44,958 bases of DNA, taken from an uncultured virus (IMG/VR IMGVR_UViG_3300037043_000022) (taxonomy: Duplodnaviria > Heunggongvirae > Uroviricota > Caudoviricetes). Location: the IMG/VR virus record IMGVR_UViG_3300037043_000022; one strand, 5' to 3'. The notes below the pieces were generated by a model, which was not told the DNA's origin, made no database searches, and saw only the letters and a program-made list of their open reading frames with translations. Of the stretch, positions 1 to 8,685 are shown in pieces; position 1 is the first letter of the stretch, and every line of letters starts with the position of its first letter. The position numbers and the translations under genes are program-made.

Positions 1-2
1 AT

Positions 3-401
3 GCACTTCAATATGTCAAGGAACAGACGCCAGAAATGTGTATAGCAGCAGTGCAACGAATTGGTTGGGCACTTCGATATGTCAGAGAGCAGACGCCAGA
101 AATGTGTATAGCAGCAGTGCAATGGGATGGTTCGGCACTTGAATACGTCAAAGAACAGACGCCAGAAATCTGTCTGGCAGCAGTAAAACAAAATAATGAC
201 GCGCTTGGGCATATCAGAGATGAGAAATTAAGAGGGATAGTTGGACAAATGTTGGTTGGCCACGTGAGCGAAATTAAGCGAGCTTTCATATACAATGGCA
301 ATGTCTTCTGTTCCTTACAGGAGGCGAGGGCGGCGAAGAAAGAACATGAGTCGAAAAATAAAGACGAAGAATTACTCATTGAGCACATCGTTATTGGTTA
401 G
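3..401 (+). CDS. DUF4116-like 22-aa repeat protein, 5' end truncated by the window
   Basis: Frame is open from position 3. Repeats of the form AL.YV.EQTPE(M/I)C(I/L)AAV are encoded by ~66-bp DNA repeats. Confidence 0.75.
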   Translation, partial: ALQYVKEQTPEMCIAAVQRIGWALRYVREQTPEMCIAAVQWDGSALEYVKEQTPEICLAAVKQNNDALGHIRDEKLRGIVGQMLVGHVSEIKRAFIYNGNVFCSLQEARAAKKEHESKNKDEELLIEHIVIG

Positions 402-463
402 TCCGCTAGCAATTTGGGGAGCGTAGAAACATGACGAGACTAGATATGCAGATGCCGGGGATA

Positions 464-491
464 TTGACGAAAAGGCGAAAGGACATAGTGT
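464..491 (+). promoter_or_regulatory. Putative sigma70-type promoter (TTGACG-N16-TAGTGT)
   Basis: Intergenic position upstream of a run of + strand genes; near-consensus -35 element. Confidence 0.35.
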
Positions 492-581
492 AAAGAACGA
501 GAGAATTGTGAATTTCAGCACTGGTGCATGACATGTGCAGGAAGACGCAGAGAGCAGTTGGGCTAGGGGAGGGAAGAAGAA

Positions 582-749
582 ATGGCAAGCAAATGGGTCA
601 CGAGCAGGGCAAAGGGCGAAAAGACGAGCGATTACAATCGTCGTGCCCACGCCAATCACGTCGATCGCGGCGTGTCGGCAAAGAAGTCATCCGGAAATTG
701 GCTGTCCAAGGCCGATTACGAGGCTAAGACCGGCCGGCCCGGTAGGTAA
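582..749 (+). CDS. Small basic hypothetical protein (55 aa, MASKWVTSRAKGEK...), absent from the ORF track
   Basis: Purine-rich SD (GGGGAGGGAAG) before ATG 582; open to TAA 747-749. Confidence 0.6.
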   Translation: MASKWVTSRAKGEKTSDYNRRAHANHVDRGVSAKKSSGNWLSKADYEAKTGRPGR

Positions 750-764
750 CCGTAGAAAGGGGGA

Positions 765-869
765 ATGATGGCCGTCATTGCAGTCGTCGTAGCCATGTTT
801 AAGTCGTTAATAATGCTTGGTTTAGCGTTGTGCGTACTCAGTTTCATCGCCGGAACGTTAATTAATTAA
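765..869 (+). CDS. Small hydrophobic membrane peptide (34 aa, MMAVIAVVVAMFKSLIMLGLALCVLSFIAGTLIN)
   Basis: SD-like GAAAGGGGG before the ATG; followed directly by a terminator. Confidence 0.5.
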   Translation: MMAVIAVVVAMFKSLIMLGLALCVLSFIAGTLIN

Positions 870-877
870 CAATTTCC

Positions 878-912
878 AAATGCAGGGGTTATAGCCAGCC
901 CCTGCATTTTTT
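878..912 (+). terminator. Rho-independent terminator
   Basis: Stem AAATGCAGGGGTT / AGCCCCTGCATTT running into a T tract. Confidence 0.8.
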
Positions 913-950
913 TAGGAAACGTGAGGGAGAACCAGACAAGGAGAAAACGC

Positions 951-1160
951 ATGAATGAGAAAGAAAAAGAATTGGCAAAGTCTGGGACGGCGACCGCCGC
1001 CGGGGCAGCAGCGGGGGCGACCGTTGCCGCCATCGTTGGGCGTGGTGGTCTTGTCATCGGTGGGACTGCCATTGCGGTCACGGCTGCTCCCGTCATCATC
1101 GCAGGTGCGATAACAGGCTTGGCCGTCTATGGCCTTGGCAAAACATTCAAATGGTGGTAA
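951..1160 (+). CDS. Small Gly/Ala-rich (glycine-zipper-like) membrane protein
   Basis: AAGGAG SD before ATG 951; GAAAGATVAAIVGRGG and a hydrophobic C-terminal half. Confidence 0.7.
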   Translation: MNEKEKELAKSGTATAAGAAAGATVAAIVGRGGLVIGGTAIAVTAAPVIIAGAITGLAVYGLGKTFKWW

Positions 1161-1167
1161 ATGAGAA

Positions 1168-1371
1168 GTGGTGATAAGAACGCGGCGATACGGTAATTAC
1201 CGTAAGATTACTGTCGTCTTGTTTGGTGAAGATAGCAAGCAAGTGAAATTCCTCGACGATAAAATCAAGTCCAGTCCACACGGGTCTGAAGAGAAGGTAA
1301 TTGCAGACGAACGACAAGTGTTACATATGCTTGCGTCATTGCAAACGCTAGGAGAAAACAATGAAGATTGA
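1168..1371 (+). CDS. Hypothetical phage protein (start uncertain)
   Basis: ORF track; fills the gap and overlaps the next gene's SD. Confidence 0.55.
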   Translation: MVIRTRRYGNYRKITVVLFGEDSKQVKFLDDKIKSSPHGSEEKVIADERQVLHMLASLQTLGENNED

Positions 1372-1747
1372 GCAAGTTGAAGAATATAATGATCTAAGAA
1401 TCGGCGATCACGTAACGCACATTGAAGATAGCGGTTTCAAAGAGGGTGTGCCTCAACGAAAACGGATAGCATCAATCAAAATTATCGAATGGAATGAAGA
1501 AGAACAGCGGCGACTGCAAGAATCAAAAATTTCCACATATTTCCGTTTTACTGATGGCACAATAGCAAGCTCATTTCATCGCGTTCAAAAACGAGCAATT
1601 GAGAAATGTTATAGTTGCGGGAAATTGTCCTTTAATTTAGGTAATTGCCCTAAATGTGGTAAGACGTTTTGTCATGACTGCGTACCACGCTTTACGCCTC
1701 TTAGGCAAGATGATAAATGTTGTAGTCGCTTCGTTAAGGAGGTGTGA
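1361..1747 (+). CDS. Hypothetical protein with C-terminal Cys-rich zinc finger
   Basis: GGAG SD; three CxxC motifs (CYSC, CPKC, CHDC). Confidence 0.7.
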   Translation: MKIEQVEEYNDLRIGDHVTHIEDSGFKEGVPQRKRIASIKIIEWNEEEQRRLQESKISTYFRFTDGTIASSFHRVQKRAIEKCYSCGKLSFNLGNCPKCGKTFCHDCVPRFTPLRQDDKCCSRFVKEV

Positions 1748-1748
1748 G

Positions 1749-2273
1749 ATGAGTGGCGGAAGTTGGAACTACGTCAGCAACACATTCGAAGATGTGGCAA
1801 AAGAGCTTATGTCAAGCGAAGCCCCAGAGAGAGTCGCCCTAGGGCAGATCATACTTCCGATTGCGGATGCTCTACACGCCATCGAGTGGGCAGATAGCGG
1901 AGATTGTGCCGCTGGCAGCGAAAAGGAGGCCATCTTAAAAGCGCTTGGGCCACTGGCGACGACCGCACCTCTTCAGATCAACATTGATAGATTGGCAAAT
2001 GCAGCCCGTAACGTTCTCGCTGAAATCGAATCAAAAGAAACGGACATGGGTGACATTTACTGGCTTAACGCAAACACACCCAAATTTTTTGAAGGTTGTG
2101 AATTCGAAATCACAAGAGAGGGAGATAGTTGCCTGTTGGCTCTCATAATATATGGGTCCTTTGATGCTTCTGAGTTCAGAAGGCGCAGACAAAATCTTTG
2201 TGATGCGATGCTTGCAGACAATCGTGAAAAACTTCATAAAATCATCAGTATTTTCCAACGTCGAAAATGTTAA
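1749..2273 (+). CDS. Hypothetical phage protein (MSGGSWNY...)
   Basis: Strong AAGGAGGT SD before ATG 1749. Confidence 0.7.
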   Translation: MSGGSWNYVSNTFEDVAKELMSSEAPERVALGQIILPIADALHAIEWADSGDCAAGSEKEAILKALGPLATTAPLQINIDRLANAARNVLAEIESKETDMGDIYWLNANTPKFFEGCEFEITREGDSCLLALIIYGSFDASEFRRRRQNLCDAMLADNREKLHKIISIFQRRKC

Positions 2274-2285
2274 GGAGAATAGGAA

Positions 2286-2639
2286 ATGAAAGCGACACTT
2301 GTTTTGAACAATCAGGCGGGTGCATCTGTTTTGAACAGTCAGACAAGTGGAATTCGTCGCATGGTCTTCCATACGGATGGGGGCACGATGATCGAGATTG
2401 TGGCGAATCCAAAGACAGGAGTTATGCCGAAATGGGCATTACAACTGTCTTTATATGATCACGTCCATGTCCATTTTGAAGATGCTAACGGCGTACTTGT
2501 TTCCCCTGGTGCAATCATCGGGCGTAGAAAATCTCGATTATTGAGCATATTGACATATACCACATTAAACATATTAATATGTGCAGCGTTGATGTATGGT
2601 TATGCACATTGGCATATAATTAAGGAGATCATAAAATGA
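2286..2639 (+). CDS. Hypothetical protein with C-terminal TM helix
   Basis: AAGGAG/AGGA SD; hydrophobic LLSILTYTTLNILICAALMYGY. Confidence 0.65.
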   Translation: MKATLVLNNQAGASVLNSQTSGIRRMVFHTDGGTMIEIVANPKTGVMPKWALQLSLYDHVHVHFEDANGVLVSPGAIIGRRKSRLLSILTYTTLNILICAALMYGYAHWHIIKEIIK

Positions 2640-3085
2640 GTGACAATGGTGTTATAGGTCCGACGGGCACAAGCGTACCTGATTGCCGGGGAACGGGCAC
2701 AGCAGAGATAAATGACGGCCTAAATTCATTTAATGATAGCGGCGTTTATAGAGACAGCAACGTTCACATTAATCTAATAGATAAACTAATTCCATCGAAC
2801 ATCGAAATTGACTATAAAATAGAGAGACATCCCCCATATGGACATGACATTTATCATCACGTTTTAGGTTCAGGCCCGTTCAGATTCCGTATGGAATTTG
2901 AATTCCATTCAAGGACGATGGTCATAAATGGAACTGCTTCAGAAGACGAAGACATAATTGTTGGGATTTTACAAAAATGGATTCGAGCACATCATGGTGG
3001 TATACAAGAACAAGTACAACAAGAGCAAGTACAAGAAAAACGGGAACGGAAGCATGTGATTGGACATCGGATAATGACTGAATGA
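2636..3085 (+). CDS. Hypothetical protein
   Basis: AAGGAG SD; ATGA overlap with the previous stop codon. Confidence 0.65.
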   Translation: MSDNGVIGPTGTSVPDCRGTGTAEINDGLNSFNDSGVYRDSNVHINLIDKLIPSNIEIDYKIERHPPYGHDIYHHVLGSGPFRFRMEFEFHSRTMVINGTASEDEDIIVGILQKWIRAHHGGIQEQVQQEQVQEKRERKHVIGHRIMTE

Positions 3086-3096
3086 GAAAATCTTCC

Positions 3097-3729
3097 CTAA
3101 ATTCGTCCATATGCAACTGACTTTGCTTCGGATACGCCCAAATCAAATACGACCAATTTACCATCTTTGTTGTGCCCCACGTTTCCAGAATGTATGTCCA
3201 TATACTTTACGCCATGTTTATATAATTCATTGATGCTGTTCAACAATGATCTCACAGCACCGTTTTCACCAATCTTACGACATGCTTCATCTACGTCGAA
3301 TGGCCATCGTTCCAACTCATCCAACCAATTTGATACTAAATCTATCGCCTTGCGTTCATCTGCCGACAAAACGGTATCAACCAATTCTTGTATGATCACA
3401 TAATATTGGATCTTATCGTCGGTGATTTCTGGATCGTGGTATTGTATTAGTTTACTAAATGATCCGACATAATATATCTGGTTGGTGCCGGTGAGTTTCT
3501 TGTTTATTAAATTCGCAGCCGCTCTAGCTTCATTCTTGTCATCGGTTATCTTAATTACTTTATCATTGCTGGCGAAAGCAAGTCCATGATCGCCATATCC
3601 AATCAATTCTAGATCGTTGACATCAAACCCAAACCTACGCAACAGTTTATCGAAATTAGGGAATTCCATAGCGAGCCTTCGCATCATGCTTGCGTCTTCA
3701 AATATTATGCCTAATCTAATTCCGTACAT
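3097..3729 (-). CDS. Protein-kinase-like (Ser/Thr kinase fold) protein
   Basis: Gly loop IGYGDHGLAF, VIKIT lysine, catalytic-loop-like YMDIHSGNV and VFDLG; GGAGG SD. Confidence 0.75.
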   Translation of the reverse strand: MYGIRLGIIFEDASMMRRLAMEFPNFDKLLRRFGFDVNDLELIGYGDHGLAFASNDKVIKITDDKNEARAAANLINKKLTGTNQIYYVGSFSKLIQYHDPEITDDKIQYYVIIQELVDTVLSADERKAIDLVSNWLDELERWPFDVDEACRKIGENGAVRSLLNSINELYKHGVKYMDIHSGNVGHNKDGKLVVFDLGVSEAKSVAYGRI

Positions 3730-3814
3730 GTTTCCTCCATTTTCTTTATTTTTGAAACATCAAGTATTTACAAAGGCAAATAAAGTGAAAAGATCAAAGC
3801 GAAAGGTCAACAAA

Positions 3815-3964
3815 ATGCCCCTAAGTGAATCGAAACTTGACCAACTCTGCAAGAAAACATGTCCGAATTCACTCGGATGGAATAAGGAACGTAGAAAGAA
3901 CTGTCGCGACAAAACAATGTGTTATAGAATGGACCGTACATTAAAAAGCAAGGAGAGAAAATGA
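3815..3964 (+). CDS. Small Cys-containing hypothetical protein (MPLSESKL...)
   Basis: 3' part of ORF 3617..3964; AAAGGT upstream of the ATG. Confidence 0.35.
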   Translation: MPLSESKLDQLCKKTCPNSLGWNKERRKNCRDKTMCYRMDRTLKSKERK

Positions 3965-4050
3965 TATTTGAAGGACCAATTAACATCCAAGATCAAGAAA
4001 TAATCGCAGCCGGAACATATTTACGACAGAATAATGACGATTAAAAGAGA

Positions 4051-4335
4051 ATGAGCGAAATTTTAGGAGAAATGATGTCAAAACAATGTCAACGAATATC
4101 ATGGTTGGATTCTACCGGTCAACCATCATTGATCCATGCGACGGTTGATGGTAAGACCACGGTATGCGGTGGGCATGATGAATATATTTCTAATAGACAC
4201 TTAATTAAAGCACCAAGCAAAATAAAAGGTTTTAGAAATTATTGCAGGATATGTTTTAAAGATGGCGGCAAGGTTATATCGTGGGACAAACGATGTAAAC
4301 AATACGACGTTAAAGGAGATTCTAATGACATTTGA
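4051..4335 (+). CDS. Hypothetical protein, possibly metal-binding (H, C, CxxC)
   Basis: ORF track; the true start may be 4072/4075, after AGGAG. Confidence 0.6.
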   Translation: MSEILGEMMSKQCQRISWLDSTGQPSLIHATVDGKTTVCGGHDEYISNRHLIKAPSKIKGFRNYCRICFKDGGKVISWDKRCKQYDVKGDSNDI

Positions 4336-4930
4336 GGAACATGACAAACTTCAAATGAAATATCATCAATGGCAAAAAGCAGGGATGGACTTGTCCATCG
4401 ATTTTACATATGCCATAAAGAGTTTAATGTCAGAAATACTGGACAATTATCATAATGGCAACGACCCTGATTTGCGAGCAGCATCAAAAATAGAGATATT
4501 GAACAATAATACGTTTGAAACGGCTTGGATAGACAACGAAGGTCGTCCATGTTGCACAGCAATGATTGATGATGGTGCACCTATTGGTTGGCGCGTAGAA
4601 TTCTTGGATTTTTACAACAAACAAGAACTACATAAGGAGCTGTTGGAAGAACTAGGAGAAGTAAAAATGAGTCATAAATTTGAGATCGTCGGGAGTTACG
4701 TAACCTGCGTGAACGACTGTTGCGCGGATTGCGAAGACGTAGAAGAGATGCACGGTAAAGTTGTCGTGCACATCAATGAATTGGAGACATCACTTAGCAA
4801 GATCAAAGACCTCGCAAAGGAATTAATTTGCGAGTGTTGGGATGAATATGGAAAGAAGTTGCCAACATGCAATCGTTGCAAGATCATAGAATTGTGTAAA
4901 TCGATAGATAAAGATGTTGGGGAGCTTTGA
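4325..4930 (+). CDS. Hypothetical protein, possibly a fusion of two small genes (second module from 4667)
   Basis: AAAGGAG SD before 4325; internal AGGAG SD plus in-frame ATG at 4667. Confidence 0.65.
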   Translation: MTFEEHDKLQMKYHQWQKAGMDLSIDFTYAIKSLMSEILDNYHNGNDPDLRAASKIEILNNNTFETAWIDNEGRPCCTAMIDDGAPIGWRVEFLDFYNKQELHKELLEELGEVKMSHKFEIVGSYVTCVNDCCADCEDVEEMHGKVVVHINELETSLSKIKDLAKELICECWDEYGKKLPTCNRCKIIELCKSIDKDVGEL

Positions 4931-4949
4931 GAAAAGAAAGGTTAAAACC

Positions 4950-5324
4950 ATGAAAAAATTTCTATTTGTTTTGATATTCGCTTGTTCTTTTTCATTTTGC
5001 AGTGAACGGAACGAAAAAGAATTGATTGTGCGTGAAGAGAAACCGTTGTCACATAGAATCATAACTAAGGGAACATGGTTTGGTTGTACAACGCAAGAAG
5101 AACATGACAAAATCGTGGAATATCTCATCCGAGAGGATAAAGAAGCGTTTGTAAAAGCAATCACTGCTGGTGTTTTACGTGGAACCATTATGGATTTCAA
5201 AGGCGGTCAAGAAGTTTTTATCGTAGAGTCAGGCGGCTTTTTTTCTGACGTGGTAAAAATCAGAAGGAAGGGTGAAATTGAAGAATATTGGATATTTAGA
5301 AAAGCCCTTACTGAAAGAAAATAA
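4950..5324 (+). CDS. Putative secreted protein or lipoprotein with SH3-like C-terminus
   Basis: Signal peptide MKKFLFVLIFACSFSFC; C-terminal VKIRRKGEIEEYW. Confidence 0.65.
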   Translation: MKKFLFVLIFACSFSFCSERNEKELIVREEKPLSHRIITKGTWFGCTTQEEHDKIVEYLIREDKEAFVKAITAGVLRGTIMDFKGGQEVFIVESGGFFSDVVKIRRKGEIEEYWIFRKALTERK

Positions 5325-5355
5325 TGTTGTGATTCAATGGGTTTGTTCGGCAGAT

Positions 5356-5406
5356 AGAGTTGTGCAGATTTGATGTTCTGTCTGCACAACTCTTCTGTTT
5401 TTCTTT
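5356..5406 (+). terminator. Hairpin/terminator just upstream of the tmRNA
   Basis: Perfect 13-bp stem AGAGTTGTGCAGA (5356-5368) / TCTGCACAACTCT (5381-5393), followed by a T-rich tract. Confidence 0.65.
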
Positions 5407-5417
5407 GATAACAGAAA

Positions 5418-5798
5418 GGGGGCGCAAAGGTTTCGACCATTTGAAGGAAGATTTCGACAGCATGTAGAGAGCAGTGGAATCTCTCTTAAATCAAATCCAC
5501 AAACTTTCAACTGCCAAAGAGAACATCTTTGCAGTCAACGCTCGCAAGGGCGTTGCCTTCGCTGCCTAAGAACAGCGACGTGTTTTAGGATGACCCCGTT
5601 CGTGGTCGCCTAAGACGCGTAACCGAAACGAACTGGCATGTCAAACCGTTGTTCCAGGTGAAACATGTAAGATCAATGGAACCGTAGCTTTCCAGCGTCG
5701 CACCATAAAGAGGAAAGCAAAAGATTAAAATGGTGCTAAACATGTAGCGGTCGAGTCGGAATTCTTTTGGGACAGGGGTTCGATTCCCCTCGCCTCCA
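5418..5798 (+). ncRNA. ssrA: tmRNA; tag peptide (A)AKENIFAVNARKGVAFAA encoded at 5513-5569
   Basis: 5' GGGGGCG pairs with 3' CGCCTCC-A, giving a G3:U alanine identity pair. GGTTTCGAC near the 5' end, T-arm AGGGG-TTCGATT-CCCCT, and an internal tag ORF ending FAA-stop. Confidence 0.93.
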
Positions 5799-5814
5799 CA
5801 AAAAACGAAAGGGC

Positions 5815-6117
5815 ATGAAGATGGACGAGAAAGAAATCATGGACCAGATACGCAGGGAAGTTAAAAATCTTGTGGCCCAAACAATAGCCGACAATGCACA
5901 TCCATTAGTCGGTTGTACAATACAATTTCCAGACAATGAAATCCCGTATTTTCAAGACATGGGGTTTCATCATGGCATACCTAAAATACCTTTTGTCGTT
6001 GAAAGCATTTGTGACAAGGGCATCACCTTGATAGGTCCGAACCATGGTGGTAAACCATATGGTAATGGGGCATTATTAATGTGTTGGGCACAGAAGAAAA
6101 CAACTAAGGTCCCATAG
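5815..6117 (+). CDS. Hypothetical protein between tmRNA and tRNA; its stop codon lies inside the tRNA 5' end
   Basis: ORF 5767..6117 trimmed to the first ATG after the tmRNA. Confidence 0.55.
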   Translation: MKMDEKEIMDQIRREVKNLVAQTIADNAHPLVGCTIQFPDNEIPYFQDMGFHHGIPKIPFVVESICDKGITLIGPNHGGKPYGNGALLMCWAQKKTTKVP

Positions 6118-6180
6118 CTCAGCGGTGAGAGCAGGGGACTCATAATCCCTCGGTCGAAGGTTCGAATCCTTCTGGGACTA
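6108..6180 (+). tRNA. tRNA with CAU anticodon, probably Ile2 (lysidine-type) rather than Met; CCA not encoded
   Basis: Cloverleaf: acceptor GGTCCCA/TGGGACT-A, anticodon loop CT-CAT-AA (CAT 6141-6143), GGTTCGAATCC. C4/C5 acceptor pairs and overall sequence resemble bacterial tRNA-Ile2. Confidence 0.9.
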
Positions 6181-6196
6181 CCGAACGGAGAAGAAC

Positions 6197-6406
6197 ATGA
6201 GGCGATGTGTCGTTTGCAAAAAAGAAATTTACGCTAGGAATAGGAGTGGCTACTGTAGGAGCTGCAATATTCGTAGAATATCCAACAAGGACTTTGGGCG
6301 ACCAATTAATGACAATAATAGAATTAAACCGACAAAAGTTGGCAATCGGTTACCACCATTATTAAAACGAAGATACGACGACATACCATTAGATTTATTG
6401 TATTGA
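6197..6406 (+). CDS. Small zinc-finger protein
   Basis: GGAG SD; CVVC...CRSC. Confidence 0.6.
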   Translation: MRRCVVCKKEIYARNRSGYCRSCNIRRISNKDFGRPINDNNRIKPTKVGNRLPPLLKRRYDDIPLDLLY

Positions 6407-6883
6407 GCCTTGTGGCTGCTGTGGCTGCTGTGGCTGTGGCATACCGACCCTACCACCATAACTCTTATGTAAAAACATGACATAAGCCGAAACAGTCAAA
6501 CCAAGATTACTAGCCGCTGCTTCAATTTCTGATTTATCCGATGGCTTGATCCGCATGTCGATTCGTTCAGTCTTTTCCGGTCCTGTTATTTCTCCTGCCT
6601 CTGGTGCTACCGGTGGTGCTGCCTCTGGCGCTACCGGTGGTGCTGCCTCTGGCGCTCCCGGTACTTCTCCTGGCGGCGGCGGTGCTCCTGGTGCATCCGG
6701 TGGCGTTTCCGGCGTTTCTGGTGCTATGCCCAAAAATTCGGACGCAGTATCAATGTCTGCTGGATCAGAAGCAACTTCTGCCTCTGCGTCAGCCACCTCT
6801 TCCTTCCTTCTCGCTATAGTTTCCTTGGTTGGTATCGGTATTGCTTCAGCTAATGCCGACATTATACGATCGCTGATGTTCAT
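6395..6883 (-). CDS. Pro-rich protein with C-terminal ribbon-helix-helix-like (DUF1778/TacA-like) domain
   Basis: KTERIDMRIKPSDKSEIEAAASNLGLTVSAYV; APEAAPPV repeats (24-bp DNA repeats at ~6597-6656); GGAGG SD. Confidence 0.65.
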   Translation of the reverse strand: MNISDRIMSALAEAIPIPTKETIARRKEEVADAEAEVASDPADIDTASEFLGIAPETPETPPDAPGAPPPPGEVPGAPEAAPPVAPEAAPPVAPEAGEITGPEKTERIDMRIKPSDKSEIEAAASNLGLTVSAYVMFLHKSYGGRVGMPQPQQPQQPQGSIQ

Positions 6884-6935
6884 CTCATTCCTCCAGTTAT
6901 ATGTCCCATTTTTATGTTTGCCAATGTTATTTATT

Positions 6936-7071
6936 GCCGGCCTTTAGACCGACCGGCGGGTCAACCATTCAGTGACGAGTACCACCATGGTCTGCCGGAG
7001 ATATGGGGAGAAGCGAGGTTCAGATCGCTAAACCTCAGACCCGCCCTCGGTCACGTCACCCGGCTGCGTGA
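6936..7071. ncRNA. Candidate structured non-coding RNA of unknown family
   Basis: GC-rich island with nested stems: 6936-40/7060-64, 6947-52/7047-52, 6955-62/7038-45, inner 6964-68/6987-91 and 7015-20/7031-36. Confidence 0.5.
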
Positions 7072-7093
7072 TACCTCACATGGGTCCATCATT

Positions 7094-7492
7094 ATGTTTA
7101 ACGTATATAATTACATGAATGCATTAATTAAGATGCTTGAATCTCTTGGATATATCATCATCACATCAAATGGTGGAACGATTAAATCGGTGATGATGAC
7201 CAGGAAAATGGGAAGTCGAGAATCCCTTTGCCCACCAAGCATAATATTGACCAAAATCGGCAATACGTCATTTATAGACATTAAGATATATTATGACGGT
7301 AGACAAGAACTAGATTCACCACTAATACCAGTAATCACGCAACAATTCGGTTTAAATTATATGCAAGACGATCGATATTGCGTCATATTTTACAGATTAT
7401 TTGATTCAGGGTATTCTGAAAAATATTTAAAACATGTCCTGAACAATCTAGGATCATGTCTAATTGCATTAATTCAAAAAACTGCCACATAA
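7094..7492 (+). CDS. Hypothetical protein (start 7094 or 7115)
   Basis: AT-rich 3' part of ORF 6914..7492; the 5' extension runs through the structured GC-rich tract. Confidence 0.5.
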   Translation: MFNVYNYMNALIKMLESLGYIIITSNGGTIKSVMMTRKMGSRESLCPPSIILTKIGNTSFIDIKIYYDGRQELDSPLIPVITQQFGLNYMQDDRYCVIFYRLFDSGYSEKYLKHVLNNLGSCLIALIQKTAT

Positions 7493-8676
7493 TTGGCGAT
7501 TGATTCTGGGTCCTTATTTGGAACGTTCCAATTTAGTCCATTCTCCGCCCAAATGAAATCATCGACGCCCAATTCCATGAATCGATCATGGATCTCTTTA
7601 TTATAATGATGTGAGAATTGTCTTACCAACCGTTGTATCTCTGCATTTCTAGACATCTGCGTATTGCCGCCACCATTTCTGTTATGATATTGTATGTACG
7701 TAAGTTTTGGTATTTTGATCATTGGCGTATATAAAAACGTCCGTAACAACAATTCATAATCGTCAGCGACGTGAACGTCGCTACCGTGACCACCAATTAC
7801 GAAATAATCATCTTTACGCCATGCGCGGACGTGATTTGGTACGCCGACAATGTGTCGGATGGTTTTAGAATTGATGTTTGGATAATTAGTCACAAACAAT
7901 TCCCTACCATCATAAATTTCTTTGCGATAACTGCCATAATCGAACGCCCATCGGCCATATGTCCTATTGCGTCCATCGTCATATATCTCTGCACAATCTC
8001 CATAAGCAAAACCGGCGTCATTAAATTGTTTGAATGCCTCAATGACATAATCCAGGCATTCATGTGTAAGTTCATCATCATGATCCAATTCAACTATGTA
8101 ATCACCTTTTGACAACATCGCGGCACGTCGTTTCAATTCACCAATCACGCCGCAATGTCTGTGTGCTTTATAAACCGAAATGCGATGATCTTGCTTAGCC
8201 AAATGGCACATCTCATTATATGTCTTATCATCATCCATAGAATCATCAAAGATGACCCATTCCCAGTTCTTATAAGTTTGTTGCATCAATGAATTGAACG
8301 GTCGGAATATCTTACGCCCAGTTCTATACGTCGGCGTAATGATGGACATCAATGGCAATTCACCAAAAATTCTACCGGTTGCATTGATCGCATAACAACT
8401 TAAGATAGATGAACCTAATTTAAGCGGATCGATTGGTTTATCAAAATTGAGCCAACGTTTTCTAATCTCAATTGGTGCATTCCATAATCTCTTATATGAT
8501 CGGACGTCACCGAAAGTGACGATTACTTGTGGATGATGTTCAACTAACGCTCGTTCGAGATTTTCATCATTGTCCAAATAATGACATTCAAAACCCAACG
8601 TACCATTGCGTTCAGTCGTATGTGGTTTGGCGTCATTCATACCAATTAACAAGACCGTGACCAAATTATTAGCCAT
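7474..8676 (-). CDS. Glycosyltransferase family 2 with N-terminal extension
   Basis: SIITPTY, WEWVIFDDS, ELDHDDEL (DxD), ADDYELLLR. Confidence 0.88.
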   Translation of the reverse strand: MANNLVTVLLIGMNDAKPHTTERNGTLGFECHYLDNDENLERALVEHHPQVIVTFGDVRSYKRLWNAPIEIRKRWLNFDKPIDPLKLGSSILSCYAINATGRIFGELPLMSIITPTYRTGRKIFRPFNSLMQQTYKNWEWVIFDDSMDDDKTYNEMCHLAKQDHRISVYKAHRHCGVIGELKRRAAMLSKGDYIVELDHDDELTHECLDYVIEAFKQFNDAGFAYGDCAEIYDDGRNRTYGRWAFDYGSYRKEIYDGRELFVTNYPNINSKTIRHIVGVPNHVRAWRKDDYFVIGGHGSDVHVADDYELLLRTFLYTPMIKIPKLTYIQYHNRNGGGNTQMSRNAEIQRLVRQFSHHYNKEIHDRFMELGVDDFIWAENGLNWNVPNKDPESIANYVAVF

Positions 8677-8685
8677 GTTTGATCC

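Noticed and set aside
3..230. 66-bp repeats with variable inserts as a CRISPR array or DGR template/variable pair
   Set aside because: They are in-frame protein repeats, the differences are not adenine-specific, and no reverse transcriptase is in the window.
524..768. ORF-track calls 524..727 and 535..768
   Set aside because: The third frame (582..749) has a clear SD and more protein-like composition.
5767..5814. N-terminus MGQGFDSPRLH of ORF 5767..6117, and ORF 5736..5936 (-)
   Set aside because: These are translations of the tmRNA T-arm and acceptor stem, not protein.
6963..7000. Hammerhead ribozyme core in the structured intergenic tract
   Set aside because: GTGACGA is not CTGANGA, and there is no correctly placed GAAA.
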